The notes below the pieces were generated by a model that made no database searches, was not told the origin of the DNA, and was given only the letters and a program-made list of their open reading frames with translations. The position numbers and the translations under genes are program-made. From Cladosporium halotolerans (Eukaryota): a stretch of DNA of 64,000 nucleotides. Shown one piece after another: positions 34,247 to 46,187 of this stretch (position 1 is its first letter; each line of letters opens with the position of its first letter). The DNA lies in NCBI RefSeq assembly GCF_011745625.1, contig NW_027191472.1, positions 1 through 64,000 on the forward strand. Reading direction: 5' to 3'.

Positions 34247-36200
34247 ATGGAGATGAACTACGATGAGCGGGTAGGTTCATTGAGCACAATGTCGTCCGTC
34301 CCTCATCAACTAATCAAGACCAGGAGCTCCATCAACTGGAGTCAGAGCTCCACACCGAGATCCTTCCCGGCACAGAAATTATGGCCGACGTAGGCTCTCA
34401 CCACTTCGTCAAAAGCGGCGCCGGCGTCCTCGTGCCCCAGCCCTCCGCAGACCCGCACGACCCCTTGAACTGGTCGAAGCTCTGGAAGACCTGCTGCATC
34501 ACCGCCGCCACGAGCGTCACGTTCACGCAGGGCTTCGGACCCCTCGCGCTTGCGCCTATGTTCCCGGATTTGATCCAAGCGTTCGATTCGGATCTGGCAT
34601 CTGTGGTCAAGTTCACGGGTGTGGCTATCTTGGTGCTGGGGTTCAGTAATTTCATCTGGGTGCCGATTAGCTCGTCCTTTGGGCGCAGGCCGGTGTACAT
34701 TGCTTCGCAGGTCATTTGCTTGGTTGCTTCTATCTGGCGTGCGGTGGCTAAGGATTATGGCTCGTTCATGGGCGCTTGCGTTTTGAACGGCATTGGCGCA
34801 GGTACGGCGATTTGTTCGACGGATGCCTGCGATAATCGCTGACATGCTTTGAAGGGCCCGCCGAGACCATCCAGCCGGCCGTGATTGCGGACATCTATTT
34901 TCTCCACGACCGCGGGTTTTGGAATACACTCTACTGGGTCGCCTACATGGGCAGCTTGATGGTCGGCCCGATCATTGCTGGCTCGATGGCTTTGCACGTG
35001 GGCTGGCGCAGTTTCTGGTGGTTCAATACTGCCATTCTTGCTGCGTCGCTGCTGATGACCATCTTCATGTTCCCGGAGACCAAATGTGAGTCTTTCTCTC
35101 CTTTATCCACACAGAATCTTGCTAATCACCTTGCCACAGGGCACCGCGTGCATCCTGCAGAGATGGTCAACAACGCGACTCCCGAGACCAAAGTCTCGCC
35201 CACGGAATCGGGCGAGAAGATTGCATCTGCAGACCCAGAGAAACGCGCCAGCGACGTAACCCGCGTAGAGACTCGCAACACCATGCCCGACCTCAGCAAG
35301 CAAGCAACAGCCGAGCGCGACCCTCATCTAGGCAAAGGAACGCCCAGCAAGCAGCAGTGGAAGCTCTGGCAGAGCAACCCGCACCCGTTCAAAGCTATCG
35401 CGCTCGACCTTTGGATTCCGTGGAAACTGTTTGCATTTCCCATCGTCGAGTCCGCCGCTTTCGTCGTCTCTTGGTCCTGCAGCTCCTTCCTCACGATCAA
35501 CTTGACACAGAGCCAGAATTTCGCCGCGCCGCCTTACAACTTCAATAGTCAGAGCATTGGCTTCATGAACTTCGCTATTCTCATTGGCGCGTTCATCGGT
35601 CTAGCTACGGCCGGCCCGCTCAGCGACTGGGTCAGCGCCAGAGCCACGAGGAAGAATGGCGGTATCCGCGAGCCTGAGATGCGTCTACCAGCCATGAGTA
35701 AGCCCCCCTTCACGTGAACGTGCAAGCTTCGGTGCTGACGCTACATCAAAGTCCCCTATGTCCTCATCATGATGCTCGGCAACTTCGTCACGGCCTTCGG
35801 CTATGATAGGAAGTGGCCGTGGGAAGCCATCGTCATCATCGGCTACACCTGCGCCGGCTTGCAAGTCGCCGCTTTGCCCGCTATGGTCAACACGTACGCT
35901 GTGGACTCGTACAAGCCTGTGGCGGGCTCATTGATGGTCGCTATTACTGTCAACAAGAATCTGTGGGGATATGGGTTTGCTGAGTAAGTTGCTCGTCGGC
36001 TTTGGATAGGGAATTGAAACATTGGCTGACTGGAAAACTATAGGTTCATCACGCCGTGGGTCATCAAGTCGGGCTTCATCCCGCCCATCATGACCAACAT
36101 GAGTCTGATCACGCTGTGGTGCCTGTTTGGCATTCTGTTCTATTACAAGGGAAAGACGTTCAGGAGGTGGAGTCGCAATAGCTCGGTGCACAAGCTTTGA
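34247..36200 (+). CDS. MFS transporter (HOL1-like, multi-exon)
   Basis: LVPQPSADPHDPLNWS, PISSSFGRRPV, IADIYFLHDRG and GGIREPEMRLP. Several canonical introns. Confidence 0.9.
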
Positions 36201-37189
36201 TGGACGCCTCGTGGTTCAACGGTGCACGTGGTATTCAGAAGAATGTGGGTCGACCAGTTTCGTAGGTAGTCTTGCGGCGCCGTATGGTACATGGGATGCT
36301 TTATTACCCTAGCGTCTGCACACCGAGCAGCACACTATAACCGGGTATTAATATTCTCACCAATCTCCACCGCCACGTTGCGCCGCTGTCAACTTGCATC
36401 GCACGAACCTTCATTAATTACTTTGCCTAGGCTCGCAATTTTCCAGGTCGTCAATACGCGAAGAAGCCCGACCGGAGTTCGTTTCCGCAGGGCAGCACAA
36501 GCGATTGCGTGCATTTTGCCGGTCCACCAGTTCATCAGCCGGTGGCCCAGCCATCGTTTTCCCCATGGGTCAGGTGTGGAGCCGACTACCCGCAGGCCAA
36601 GCTTTCGTCAGCTGCGGAGATGGAGCTTGAGCTTGTCGGTGTGCGACGAGGAAGGGAGGGACTCTCGAGACAATGCGACTTCACCTGTGCTGTTTTTTTA
36701 TTGAGTGAAAAAGCATGATACAGTGACCAGTGACTTTGCACCCAGTCATCACACGAAGACGCCCACTGCAGTGCGACTCTCCCCCCGGCGGCCCTTGCGG
36801 AAGCGAGATGGGCAATAAGCGAGTCGCAGTATAGCGCTGCGTCACCCTGCGCTCCGAGCTGCGTCTGCTCTCCGCCGTACCTGGCGATCTCCTCGCCAAG
36901 ATGAGGGGATGTCCGCGCGCGTCTCCAGTCCGCCCGCGTCATTTATCCCGGTCCTCGTCATGTGGAGGGAAATCCTTCGAGGTGAAGTGCCAATGGCCAT
37001 GTGAACCGCGCCCGGCTTAAAGCGACCCGCTGCCAGCTCTTGCGAGTTTGGCTCTTCAGTGCAGTCACTCAAGCGGTCGAGCCTTGTTATAAATACCTAC
37101 CAGTCGCTGCTGGCCCGACTTGCTCACATCGCCATCCCTCCATAGACCCTACACCACCTCCAACCATCCAGCGAACCCGGCACGCAACA

Positions 37190-38470
37190 ATGCTCGCACG
37201 CTTCGCTACCCTCGCGGCCCTCCCGCTCCTCGCCCTCGCGCAGTCCTCTGAGCCAGTCGGCAACGGCACCGGCGTCGACGAGAACGGCAAGTACGAGATC
37301 TCGAGCGAGGGCATCCGCGCGCACTTCATTCCCTACGGCGCCTCCATCTCCAACTTGTTCATCAAGGACGTCCATGGCGAGGAGCGCGATGTCGTCCTTG
37401 GATTCGACAACGCGAGTTACTACGAGGTCGACAAGCAGCATCCCCATCTGGGCGGTGTTCCTGGTCGCTATGCGAACAGAATCATGAACTCGACATTCGA
37501 AATTGACGGCGAGGTTTTCGAGGTTGATGCTAACGAGCATGGTGGTTTGAACACTCTCCATGGTGGCAGTAAGTTCAATCGCAGAATGCTCGAAACAAGA
37601 AAAGTAGCTAACACGCCACCAACAGAGAACGGCTGGGACTGGCGCAACTGGACCGTCGTCGCCCACACTGCCGACAGTATCACCTTCTCCCTCATGGACC
37701 CTGACGGCGAGATGGGCTTCCCCGGCGACGTGATCTCTTACGTGACCTACACTCTGACGCCCTACGACTGGCACATCTACATGTCCGCCTTCTCCCTGAC
37801 CCACAAGACCCCCATCATGCTCTCGTCCCACACCTACTGGAACCTCGACGGTTTCCAGAACCCCTCCACCCCGCTCGCCCTCAACCACACCCTCCACCTC
37901 CCCTACAGCGGCCAGCGCATCGCCACAGACGGCATCCTGATCCCCAACGGCACCGTCCTCCCCAACCAAAAGCACAGCATCAACGACTTCTGGTCCAGCC
38001 CCAAGCAAATCGGCGCCAACTTCACCAACCCGGACATGCTCGGCAACTGCGGCACGAACTGCACGGGCTACGACACCTGCTACCTCGTCAACCGCGCGCA
38101 GAACGGGCCCTACGACTGGCGCGCCGCGCCCGTCGCCACCCTCTCCAGCCCCTGGAGCGGCATCCAGGTCGACGTCTACACCGAGCAGGAGGCCTTCCAG
38201 GTCTACTCGTGCGGCGGCCAGAACGGCACGCTGACGCTCAAGGAGACGCAGGGCTTGTTCAACGACACTTCGAGGCCCAGGACTGTGCAGCAGAACGGCT
38301 GTGTGGTTATGGAGGTCGAGGACTGGATTGATGCGATCAACCAGCCGGAGTGGCAGAGGGAGAAGAGGAACATCTACGGCCCGGGCGATGCGCCGTATGT
38401 GTTGGAGGCGACTTATAGCTTTTCGCTGAACCAGGAGGCGAAGAATGCGAGCTGCCCTGGTGGATACTAG
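37190..38470 (+). CDS. Secreted aldose 1-epimerase (galactose mutarotase-like)
   Basis: Signal peptide, RDVVLGFD, GRYANRI, TLHGG, SSHTYWNL and a C-terminal catalytic Glu region (CVVMEVE). Intron 37569-37625. Confidence 0.93.
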   Translation: MLARFATLAALPLLALAQSSEPVGNGTGVDENGKYEISSEGIRAHFIPYGASISNLFIKDVHGEERDVVLGFDNASYYEVDKQHPHLGGVPGRYANRIMNSTFEIDGEVFEVDANEHGGLNTLHGGSKFNRRMLETRKVANTPPTENGWDWRNWTVVAHTADSITFSLMDPDGEMGFPGDVISYVTYTLTPYDWHIYMSAFSLTHKTPIMLSSHTYWNLDGFQNPSTPLALNHTLHLPYSGQRIATDGILIPNGTVLPNQKHSINDFWSSPKQIGANFTNPDMLGNCGTNCTGYDTCYLVNRAQNGPYDWRAAPVATLSSPWSGIQVDVYTEQEAFQVYSCGGQNGTLTLKETQGLFNDTSRPRTVQQNGCVVMEVEDWIDAINQPEWQREKRNIYGPGDAPYVLEATYSFSLNQEAKNASCPGGY

Positions 38471-38759
38471 GGTGGTTTGAGAGGGGTTGAGAGGGAGGAT
38501 TGCGGAGTTTGGTAATGAAGAACGGACGGCGGCCTGCGATGTTAGCTACACCAATGCAATGAAACCGTCAAACGAATTTCAGTGATTGATGCGCTTCCTC
38601 TTTCTCGTCGCGTTCAATGGTATACATTGCACGCACAGCCATGCCGTGCGGACCTGTCGTCTCACTGGCTTGCGCCTGGCCTCCTCTAGAAGTGCATGTA
38701 TTGGCACGCAAGACATCTCAGGTATCTCCACCCACAGCATCTTCCTTCCCCTCAATATC

Positions 38760-39788
38760 TCAATCAAGATACATCCCATCCTTCAAATTCCTCAAATTCT
38801 GCAAAAACCCGTACCCGCCCTCCGCCCTCGAGTCCAAATCCCCATACCGCATATCCACGCCCCTCGCCGGCTGCCCCGCCTTCCTCCCCTCTCCCCCCTT
38901 CTTCCCAGCCGCAGCACTCGCAGCCCTCTCCTTCTCCTCCACCAACCGCCCCAACCCCTCCACAAACCTGCCCCGCGCCTTCTCCTCCGCCGTCCCCCTC
39001 CACACCTCCGCCAGCACCCTCAGCTCCCCCACCCGCGCCCCCGCACCCTCGACATCGCCCGCGGCCAGCAGCTCGCTGATCTCGCCCCGCACGGAGGCCG
39101 CGTACTCCTGCGCTTTCTGCTCGAGCTGCCGGTTGGACTCCGTCGCTTCGGGGCCCGAGACCGAGATGAAACTGCTCGCCGCGCTGGCGATTTCCGACGG
39201 CGCGGCGGGCCAGGCGGTCGCGGCGCCGAAGGTCTGGACGACGCTTTCGAGGCGCGCGCGCAGAGTCGAGAGTTCGCGCAGGGAGGCGAGGTGCGCGGGC
39301 TCGCTGGTGGGAGGAGGAGCCGCGGTGTCCTCCTTCGCTTCGGCGGGCGCTGCGTCTGCGTCCGCGTCTGCGTCTGCGTCGGGTTGCGCTTGTGTGCTCT
39401 TCTTCTCTTGCGTCGCGGGCGCCAGCAGCTCGATGTCTTTCTTGAGCCCGGTTTCCAGCGCGTCGGTGAGGCCTGTCGTCTCGCCGCGGAGGACTTCGAC
39501 TTCGTATGCGAGGCGCCCGCCGCTGCGGATGATTTCGTCCGTAAGCTGGGTGAGGGAGGCGGAGAGGCGGGCGGTTTGGGCGGAGAGCTGGGCGAGGAGG
39601 GTTTGGGTTTGGGCGGAGAGGTCGGGGAGCGAGGCGTTGTTGGGTGGTGGACGGGCGGAGAGGGAGAGCGAGGGGAGGGTGCTGTTGAGGTAGGTTGCTG
39701 GGTCGAAGGAGGGGGTGAGGAAGGGGTGGGTTGCGGGGTCGGAGAGGTGGTGGGATTTGGGCGCTGGGGAGGGTGTTGGGATGGCCAT
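38760..39788 (-). CDS. Helical tethering-factor-like protein, probably fungal COG7
   Basis: N-terminal FLTPSFDPATYLNSTL followed by the coiled coil LTQLTDEIIRSGGRLAYEVEVLR, typical of COG/CATCHR subunit N-termini. Subunit identity is from recall only. Confidence 0.6.
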   Translation of the reverse strand: MAIPTPSPAPKSHHLSDPATHPFLTPSFDPATYLNSTLPSLSLSARPPPNNASLPDLSAQTQTLLAQLSAQTARLSASLTQLTDEIIRSGGRLAYEVEVLRGETTGLTDALETGLKKDIELLAPATQEKKSTQAQPDADADADADAAPAEAKEDTAAPPPTSEPAHLASLRELSTLRARLESVVQTFGAATAWPAAPSEIASAASSFISVSGPEATESNRQLEQKAQEYAASVRGEISELLAAGDVEGAGARVGELRVLAEVWRGTAEEKARGRFVEGLGRLVEEKERAASAAAGKKGGEGRKAGQPARGVDMRYGDLDSRAEGGYGFLQNLRNLKDGMYLD

Positions 39789-40524
39789 TGTGGTGGAGTT
39801 GGGGAGATGAGTTGCAATTGGTCGGAAGAGGGCCAGATCCCAATGCGTGTGTATAGTCACTATAGGGAATAGGCCAAATAGCTCTAGTTGGCGGCGTCGG
39901 CTAGGTTTCTGTAGACCCACCCCCGCAAAAGCTTGGCTGCAATGGCGCGCGCGCGCCGCCCAAGCGTCGTCCCTGCCTTTGATATGACACAGCAGCAGAC
40001 AGCCGTGACAGCGTATTGCTGCCTGCAGCCCGCTTGCCTGCGCGGCGGGCGGCGCGCAGGTTGAGCGCGGCCTCAGGTATGCATGTGATTTTGGCGCCAT
40101 GGCCGCTTCCTGCCGTAGTGACTTCTTGGTCCTCGAGAAGATCTCGCCTTGAATTACTCCTCCGCAAGAACGCTCACGATCTTTGGCTGCCTCTGCCAGC
40201 TAGGCGAGAGTCCACTTACGATTTCCTCCGCGAGACGCCGTTCCGCACCTCCCTCCACTTCACTTCGCCCCTTGACCAGCTCAACACGGTCTTGGCTTCG
40301 ATCAGCCTTTGCCACTTCCTGAACTGAATTCACTTTCGCAGCCTTGACTCCACGCTTGTTCACCACGCTTGCTCACCACGCTTTGTCCAGCTCCAGACAC
40401 CCACCACCGCTCAACTCCCAACGCGGATGTCGGCTAGCACGCACAACACGACCTTACCGCAACGAGTTGCCGACTGAGACGTTCCCCATTGAGCAAACTT
40501 GATCACAACAAGGCGCCTGCCACC

Positions 40525-43500
40525 ATGCCGCGCCGGCAGTTTGTCGCCGATCTGCAGAAGGCCCAGGATGGCCCGAAGCCTTCAGGCATCAACAGTATCC
40601 GAGCCGGCGACGACGATGGCCAGTTTGAGTTCGACTTCACCGCGGCGGCACTCGGCGACGCCCAGGGAGCCACAATTAGCATCACTGCCATGATTCCAGA
40701 TGTCTCTGAATACCCAAACGATCATCAGTACATGATATTCTGTGGCGAGGAAGCCCCACTGCAATTTGCTCAGGCTCTACAAAACCTGCGCGACACCAAC
40801 CGCAAAACCGTCTTCGAGCTCACGGAACTGGTTTCTGCTCGCCTTTTATCGCTTGCTGTTGACTCGGATGGAGATAGCCCTATGGAGGATTCAATGTCTG
40901 ATGAAGGGCAGTCCGATTTGGAAGATTTTGACGAAGATGAAGTTTACGACGATGACGACGATGCTTTCGACTTCAAGGAAGGACCAAACGTCGTTAGCAA
41001 TGCTCACATCTCGGCAAAGCACGAATTTGATGGCAACTCGAGAAGTAAAGCTTTCCGAGACCGCATCCGCTTGGATCTTCTTACTGCAAAAGACGAAGGC
41101 TTCAAAGTCGGCCACCTTGGTCTGCTTCTGGATGGCTACTGCTCTTTCGTCACAATTTCCATTCGCATGTCAAAACTCGGCATCTCCGAAGAGGCAATGC
41201 AGGCTTGGCAGGTTGACCCCTCGGATTATCTTGTCTTGCTCATCCACTATCCAAATGGGTACAAGACGGATGAGCAGCTACAGGCGTATGATGGCTCCCG
41301 TGTGAAGTCCAACATCGGGATGAGGGTCGTTGCTGGAAAGAAGTACAAGCCCACTTTGAAAGAGGCTACCCGAATGTTTTCGAAGACTCGCAAGTATAGT
41401 GATGCTTCTTCGGACTCTAAGGAGGAAAATATCGAGCCAAGGTCGATGCGCGAGATATTCATCTCGAGGCCACTCGCTGCACTGTTGGAAAGCATACTCA
41501 TACCAATCCTTCGCTTTCGGAAGGCTGGTATGGACTGGACCGGCGCAGAAGCATATTACGAATTTGCTCAGGGTGTCGGCTCCCTCGACGATCAGGTGGC
41601 CATTCCCGAATCGTACTATAAGCCGGAAGAGCTCCACAAGGCATTGCCCAATATCGTGCAAGCCGATCATCATCGTGAGCACAACTCCAGCAAATACTCC
41701 TTTCCGCTTCTCGCCATGCAGTTCACATTGCGCCACTTCGTGCGCTGTACCGAATTCTGCATGATCTGCCATGCGAAGCTGGACAGCGATCTTGAGGCCA
41801 TCAAACCGTACGTGTGCGACCGTCCACTCTGTCTGTTCCAGTACATGTCTCTGGGTCTTGGTCCTAGCATCGAACATGAGATCATGTCGCAGCCTTATGT
41901 GGTCGATCTACTGGTTTCGTTCTGCTACAGCAGCGCTAAGGCATACAAGCTGAAAGACTTCCCGGACGGTCTCGCTTTGATGGTGCCTCCTGTGAATCCC
42001 GACGATGTCACTCCGCCCGTTGGAGTTAGAAGCAGGTTCAATCGCCCTGAGGCATATATCGAGCGGCCCCCAACAGGTGAATCTTTTGACGTCGGCTTTG
42101 ACCCTGAGCGCCGTGAGATCGAATTCTTCAACAAGCCTAAGGGTGGCTGCCCTGTCAGCCGTGGCCAATGGATTGTCATCAGCAACGGTCCGTCCGACCC
42201 TGATGATAAAGACTTCGAGATCCACTGTCGCGTTTCCGAAACGACCTTTTATCCGACCATTTCCCTCGACGAGCTGGTCACCGTGAGTGTGAATCCGTCT
42301 CGCAATGTGAAAGAGTCCCACATGACTCAGAATCCCATGCAGGGAACAGACGAGCCAAGGACGCAGTCGTTGACACCAAGATGGACCGCCGCGACCTGTT
42401 CCCCGTACTCTCAGGAGTTCTCAGAGCTCAAACATCATTCAAAGTGCCAGGCTATGTGTAAGCTACTCGACACACTGCCGAGCGTCAAGGAAATGCAGGA
42501 CTACCTCTCCACGCACCATGAAAGCGACTTGAAGGGATGGGTCAGTCGGGTCTCACCATCTGCCGCTAGCCTACTCCGCTGGATCATCGCGAGCAACCGT
42601 GCTTGCATCATGCAATGTGATACCAAGGTCGATGATACGAATGAAAAAAGCAAGGGCCCGACGGCCGAGCGCCTACACGGTATGGACGGCTACATGCAAT
42701 TCCGTTTTGCTATGGGTGCTCCAGACAAAGAGTCTCGTTTCATGTCGGAAGTTCGCACGACTACCGATCGGCTCAGCCTCAGGTTTCCGACAATATTCGC
42801 CTGGCATGGTTCACCGTTACACAACTGGCACATGATCATTCGCGAAGGCCTGCATTTCAAGAACGTCGATCATGGACGCGCGTACGGAAATGGCGTATAT
42901 CACGCTAAAGACGCTCATACATCGAGCGGATATGCGTTGATGATGATGACCCCGGCCGTCTGGCCGAACAGTGTTCTGCGCATCTCGTCCGCTTTGGCAC
43001 TGAATGAGATTGTCAATGCACCTGCTGAGTTCGTCTCCAAGGATCCGTTCTATGTCGTCTCTCAACTTGATTGGATTCGGACCCGGTATCTGTTCGTCAA
43101 GTGCGCTCCGACGGATGAGAGCATTAAGCCAGGAAAGGAGGAGAGGCCCGAGAATTTCCACCCTCAGGACCCTTCGCAAACGCCTCGAGGCTCGACAGGA
43201 GCCATTGTCATTCCTGCTTCGGCTATCAAGTCTGGGAGAGCGCAGAAGGTAACCGACGCTGCGGAGCAGAAGACGAAGAACAAGGGTGGCAAGAAGGTTA
43301 AACCTTCCAAGGGTGCGAAAGGATCCTCTGAGACCAACGCTATTGACCTTGACAATGATACGGAGAGCGTCACTAGCAAGTCTGGGAAGAGATCATCGAG
43401 TGGCACCAACAGTCCGTCGAAGAAGCAGAAGAACGGTCGGGGAACTGCCGTGGCCACAGCTATTGATGCTGATGAAGATGCCGACAGCGACCAGACCGAC

Positions 43501-44325
43501 ACCGAGGATCTCAACATTTTGCTTCCTGAGCCAGATCCTGCGGAAAACAAGCCTGCCAAATCTTTCGACACCCAGCTGTTAACGCTTAACCGGAAGCTGG
43601 ACTCGAAAGTCGACACGGGGCCAACAACCGACTTCGAACCCGGCACCCTCGATTTCAGCACTCTACCCTTGATGCCCGAGCCCACCTACGCAACCTCGGC
43701 AACCACCAAACGTCTAATGATCGAAATTCAATCCCTCACAAAGGTCCAATCCTCCACCGACCCAGCCTCCCTCGGCTGGCACATCGACTTCGCCAAGATC
43801 GAAAACGTCTACCAGTGGATCGTCGAACTGCACTCCTTCCACACCTTCTCCGTCGACGACAAACCCATACCCCTCGTCGCCGACATGAAGAAAGCCGGCA
43901 CAGCCTCCGTCGTCCTCGAGGTCCGCTTCGGGCCCGACTTCCCTTACTCCCCGCCGTACATCCGCGTCATCCGCCCGCGCTTCTTGCCGTTCCTCCAAGG
44001 CGGCGGCGGGCACGTCGTCATCGGCGGCGCGATGTGCATGGAGCTGCTGACGAACTCGGGCTGGCAACCGATCATGAGCATGGAGAGCGTGCTGATGCAG
44101 GTCCGCATGGCGATCGCTAGCGAGCCGTTCGCGAGGCTCGAGGGCAAGGGTTCTGCGGCGCGCGCGGACTGGGCGAGGAGGGATTACGGCGCTGTCGAGG
44201 CGGCTGAGGGCTATGTCAGGGCTTGTGCGAGTCATGGGTGGAAGGTCCCGCCGGGGTTTAGGGAGGTCGCTTATGGAATGGCGCCGACTGCGGATGGAGC
44301 TGCAAGTGATGGATTGGGGAAGTAG
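40525..44325 (+). CDS. PARP catalytic domain - ubiquitin-conjugating enzyme (UBE2Q-like) fusion protein
   Basis: Intronless ~1266-aa ORF. Cys cluster CTEFCMICH...YVCDRPLC, PARP motifs WHGSPLHNWHMIIREGL and GRAYGNGVYHA, E2 motifs FPYSPPYIRVIRPRF and HVVIGGAMCMELLTNSGW. Confidence 0.9.
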   Translation: MPRRQFVADLQKAQDGPKPSGINSIRAGDDDGQFEFDFTAAALGDAQGATISITAMIPDVSEYPNDHQYMIFCGEEAPLQFAQALQNLRDTNRKTVFELTELVSARLLSLAVDSDGDSPMEDSMSDEGQSDLEDFDEDEVYDDDDDAFDFKEGPNVVSNAHISAKHEFDGNSRSKAFRDRIRLDLLTAKDEGFKVGHLGLLLDGYCSFVTISIRMSKLGISEEAMQAWQVDPSDYLVLLIHYPNGYKTDEQLQAYDGSRVKSNIGMRVVAGKKYKPTLKEATRMFSKTRKYSDASSDSKEENIEPRSMREIFISRPLAALLESILIPILRFRKAGMDWTGAEAYYEFAQGVGSLDDQVAIPESYYKPEELHKALPNIVQADHHREHNSSKYSFPLLAMQFTLRHFVRCTEFCMICHAKLDSDLEAIKPYVCDRPLCLFQYMSLGLGPSIEHEIMSQPYVVDLLVSFCYSSAKAYKLKDFPDGLALMVPPVNPDDVTPPVGVRSRFNRPEAYIERPPTGESFDVGFDPERREIEFFNKPKGGCPVSRGQWIVISNGPSDPDDKDFEIHCRVSETTFYPTISLDELVTVSVNPSRNVKESHMTQNPMQGTDEPRTQSLTPRWTAATCSPYSQEFSELKHHSKCQAMCKLLDTLPSVKEMQDYLSTHHESDLKGWVSRVSPSAASLLRWIIASNRACIMQCDTKVDDTNEKSKGPTAERLHGMDGYMQFRFAMGAPDKESRFMSEVRTTTDRLSLRFPTIFAWHGSPLHNWHMIIREGLHFKNVDHGRAYGNGVYHAKDAHTSSGYALMMMTPAVWPNSVLRISSALALNEIVNAPAEFVSKDPFYVVSQLDWIRTRYLFVKCAPTDESIKPGKEERPENFHPQDPSQTPRGSTGAIVIPASAIKSGRAQKVTDAAEQKTKNKGGKKVKPSKGAKGSSETNAIDLDNDTESVTSKSGKRSSSGTNSPSKKQKNGRGTAVATAIDADEDADSDQTDTEDLNILLPEPDPAENKPAKSFDTQLLTLNRKLDSKVDTGPTTDFEPGTLDFSTLPLMPEPTYATSATTKRLMIEIQSLTKVQSSTDPASLGWHIDFAKIENVYQWIVELHSFHTFSVDDKPIPLVADMKKAGTASVVLEVRFGPDFPYSPPYIRVIRPRFLPFLQGGGGHVVIGGAMCMELLTNSGWQPIMSMESVLMQVRMAIASEPFARLEGKGSAARADWARRDYGAVEAAEGYVRACASHGWKVPPGFREVAYGMAPTADGAASDGLGK

Positions 44326-44848
44326 GCTGTCTCGCTTGACGAGTTGCTTGCGCTCGGTTAGTTTGAGGGTATTGAGAGGGCGTTTTGATGAAGGGTTAGG
44401 TGGCTTTGCTGGCGTTTGGGGGATGGTGGCGTTGGGCAAAGGAAGTATTCATGCATTGAGTGGCTGGGGCGCTTCCAAGCATGCTCTGGCCTGGCCAGAG
44501 CCAGAATGAGCGTTTTCTACGAAGCATCGGATTATGACTAGGCGAAGAATGACAATGCGATTTTTCATGAAAATGTGACTTTTGCGTGCATATTAATACT
44601 GCTACTAAAGATACGTCATACGTTGTCTGCTACAATGAAGGACACACTCGAGCGGGAAAGAAAGAATATCGGAGCGTTGCCGTGCAGCAGTCCTGTCGCT
44701 GCTATCGCTCGCCGCGACCGCTCGTCCGTCCCCACCTGTGGTTCTTGAGAAGGCCTCCAGCGGTTGCTGTTCTGGGTTCCTTCTGCGCCATTCGCAAGCA
44801 TATCCCGACGTTTTCTTATCGCCAGTTCCGATATTACCTGAACCTTCA

Positions 44849-46187
44849 TCAATACCGCTCTCCCCTCCGCGGGCCCCTAACCAACTCCAGCTCACTACCC
44901 GCATCGCTCCTCGCATCTCCCACAACTCCCTTCTCAACCTCCTGCTCAACGACAGTAACAACCTGGATCCCGCGCAGCTCATCCGCCGGACTCGCCCTCC
45001 TCTCCCCATTCCCACCCCCATTTCCATCCCCAACAGACCCAAACTCAATCTCCTCCAAACTATCTGCCTCGCCCGCCCCCCTTCCCCTCGCCCGCCCACT
45101 CTGAATCACCGTCCGCGGCGGCGTGCCCCTCCCCAGCATATCCAGCGACAGCTTATCAGCACCCCTCCCGCCCTCACTCTCAACCCCACTCGACCCGGTC
45201 CCTGCTCCCTCCTGCCCATTCCCTCTCCTCTCCGAACCCCGCAGGTACCCGCTCTGCAGCGCGCGCGGGAACCACCGCGTCACCAGCGTCTTCAGCGTCG
45301 GCAGGCACGAGCACAGGATGCCGACGTTGACTTCCATGCTGGACCAGATGGCCACGAGCGGGTTGTGCCAGGAGAGGTCGGGGTCGTGCAGGAAGACGAG
45401 GAGCGACTGCAGACGCAGGATCGAGATGATGCAGGTGAAGCCGCCGAGGGCGAAGACGACCATCAGGGCTATGCGCTGGCGTTTGGGGAGCTGGAGCTGG
45501 TTGAGGAAGGGCAGGGGGAGGGTCGCGACGAGGATGTCGGTTATGATGTTTACGCCGGCGTTGGCGAACCTGGATATTGTTAGTGTTGTGTTTGGAAGAG
45601 GGACAGTGGGGTGTGCGGCATACCAGACGGCCCATTGGCTGAGGCAGGTGCCTCCGGGGATGGTCTTGTCCCAGAAGAAGGGGATGGGCTTGCAGGAGAA
45701 GATGGCGCTGAAGACTGTCCAGCAGGACCAGGCGAAGATGCAGGCCATGAGGCAGAAGTTTAGGATTCGGAAGGTGCGGTATGGGAAGATGCGGAAGTAT
45801 TGCAGCAGGATGGAGAACTTGGTCATGAAGAGGCCCAGATTGTAGAGGATGATGCTTGCCCAGAGGGGTTTGGATGAGTTGACCTTCTCGGAAGTTGTTA
45901 GTTGGTCAAAGTGTCGTCCCATGCCGAACTTGACTTGAGGGGAGGGATCAGCTTTGATACAGCAGGTCTTGAGGGGATCGAGGAAACGTACCTTGATAGC
46001 CCTGAGCTACTGTGAGGCAGATTGTCATTGCGCACGCTCCGATGATGAAGACATCGTCTTTGCCCGGGCTGTGGACGAGGAATATTCTGCTGTACAATCG
46101 TAGTGCGACGGCGAACACTGCGATGATTGTGAAGGTTATGGTGACGCCCAGAACCGCTTCTGGCTCAGCATGACCCGACATGCCCAT
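44849..46187 (-). CDS. PTH11-like integral membrane protein (fungal rhodopsin-domain GPCR-like, no CFEM)
   Basis: VALRLYSR...GKDD, GMGRH, TKFSILLQYFRIF, CKPIPFFWD, NIITDILVATLPLP and WSSMEVNVGILCSCLPTL. Two introns. Confidence 0.92.

Noticed and set aside
37569..37625. Apparent peptide insertions in aldose epimerase (also 35086-35139 in the MFS gene and 45570-45623 in the PTH11-like gene)
   Set aside because: These are ordinary stop-free 3n introns (57, 54 and 54 nt) with canonical GT, CTAAC/CTAAT branch and AG signals, not novel protein segments.
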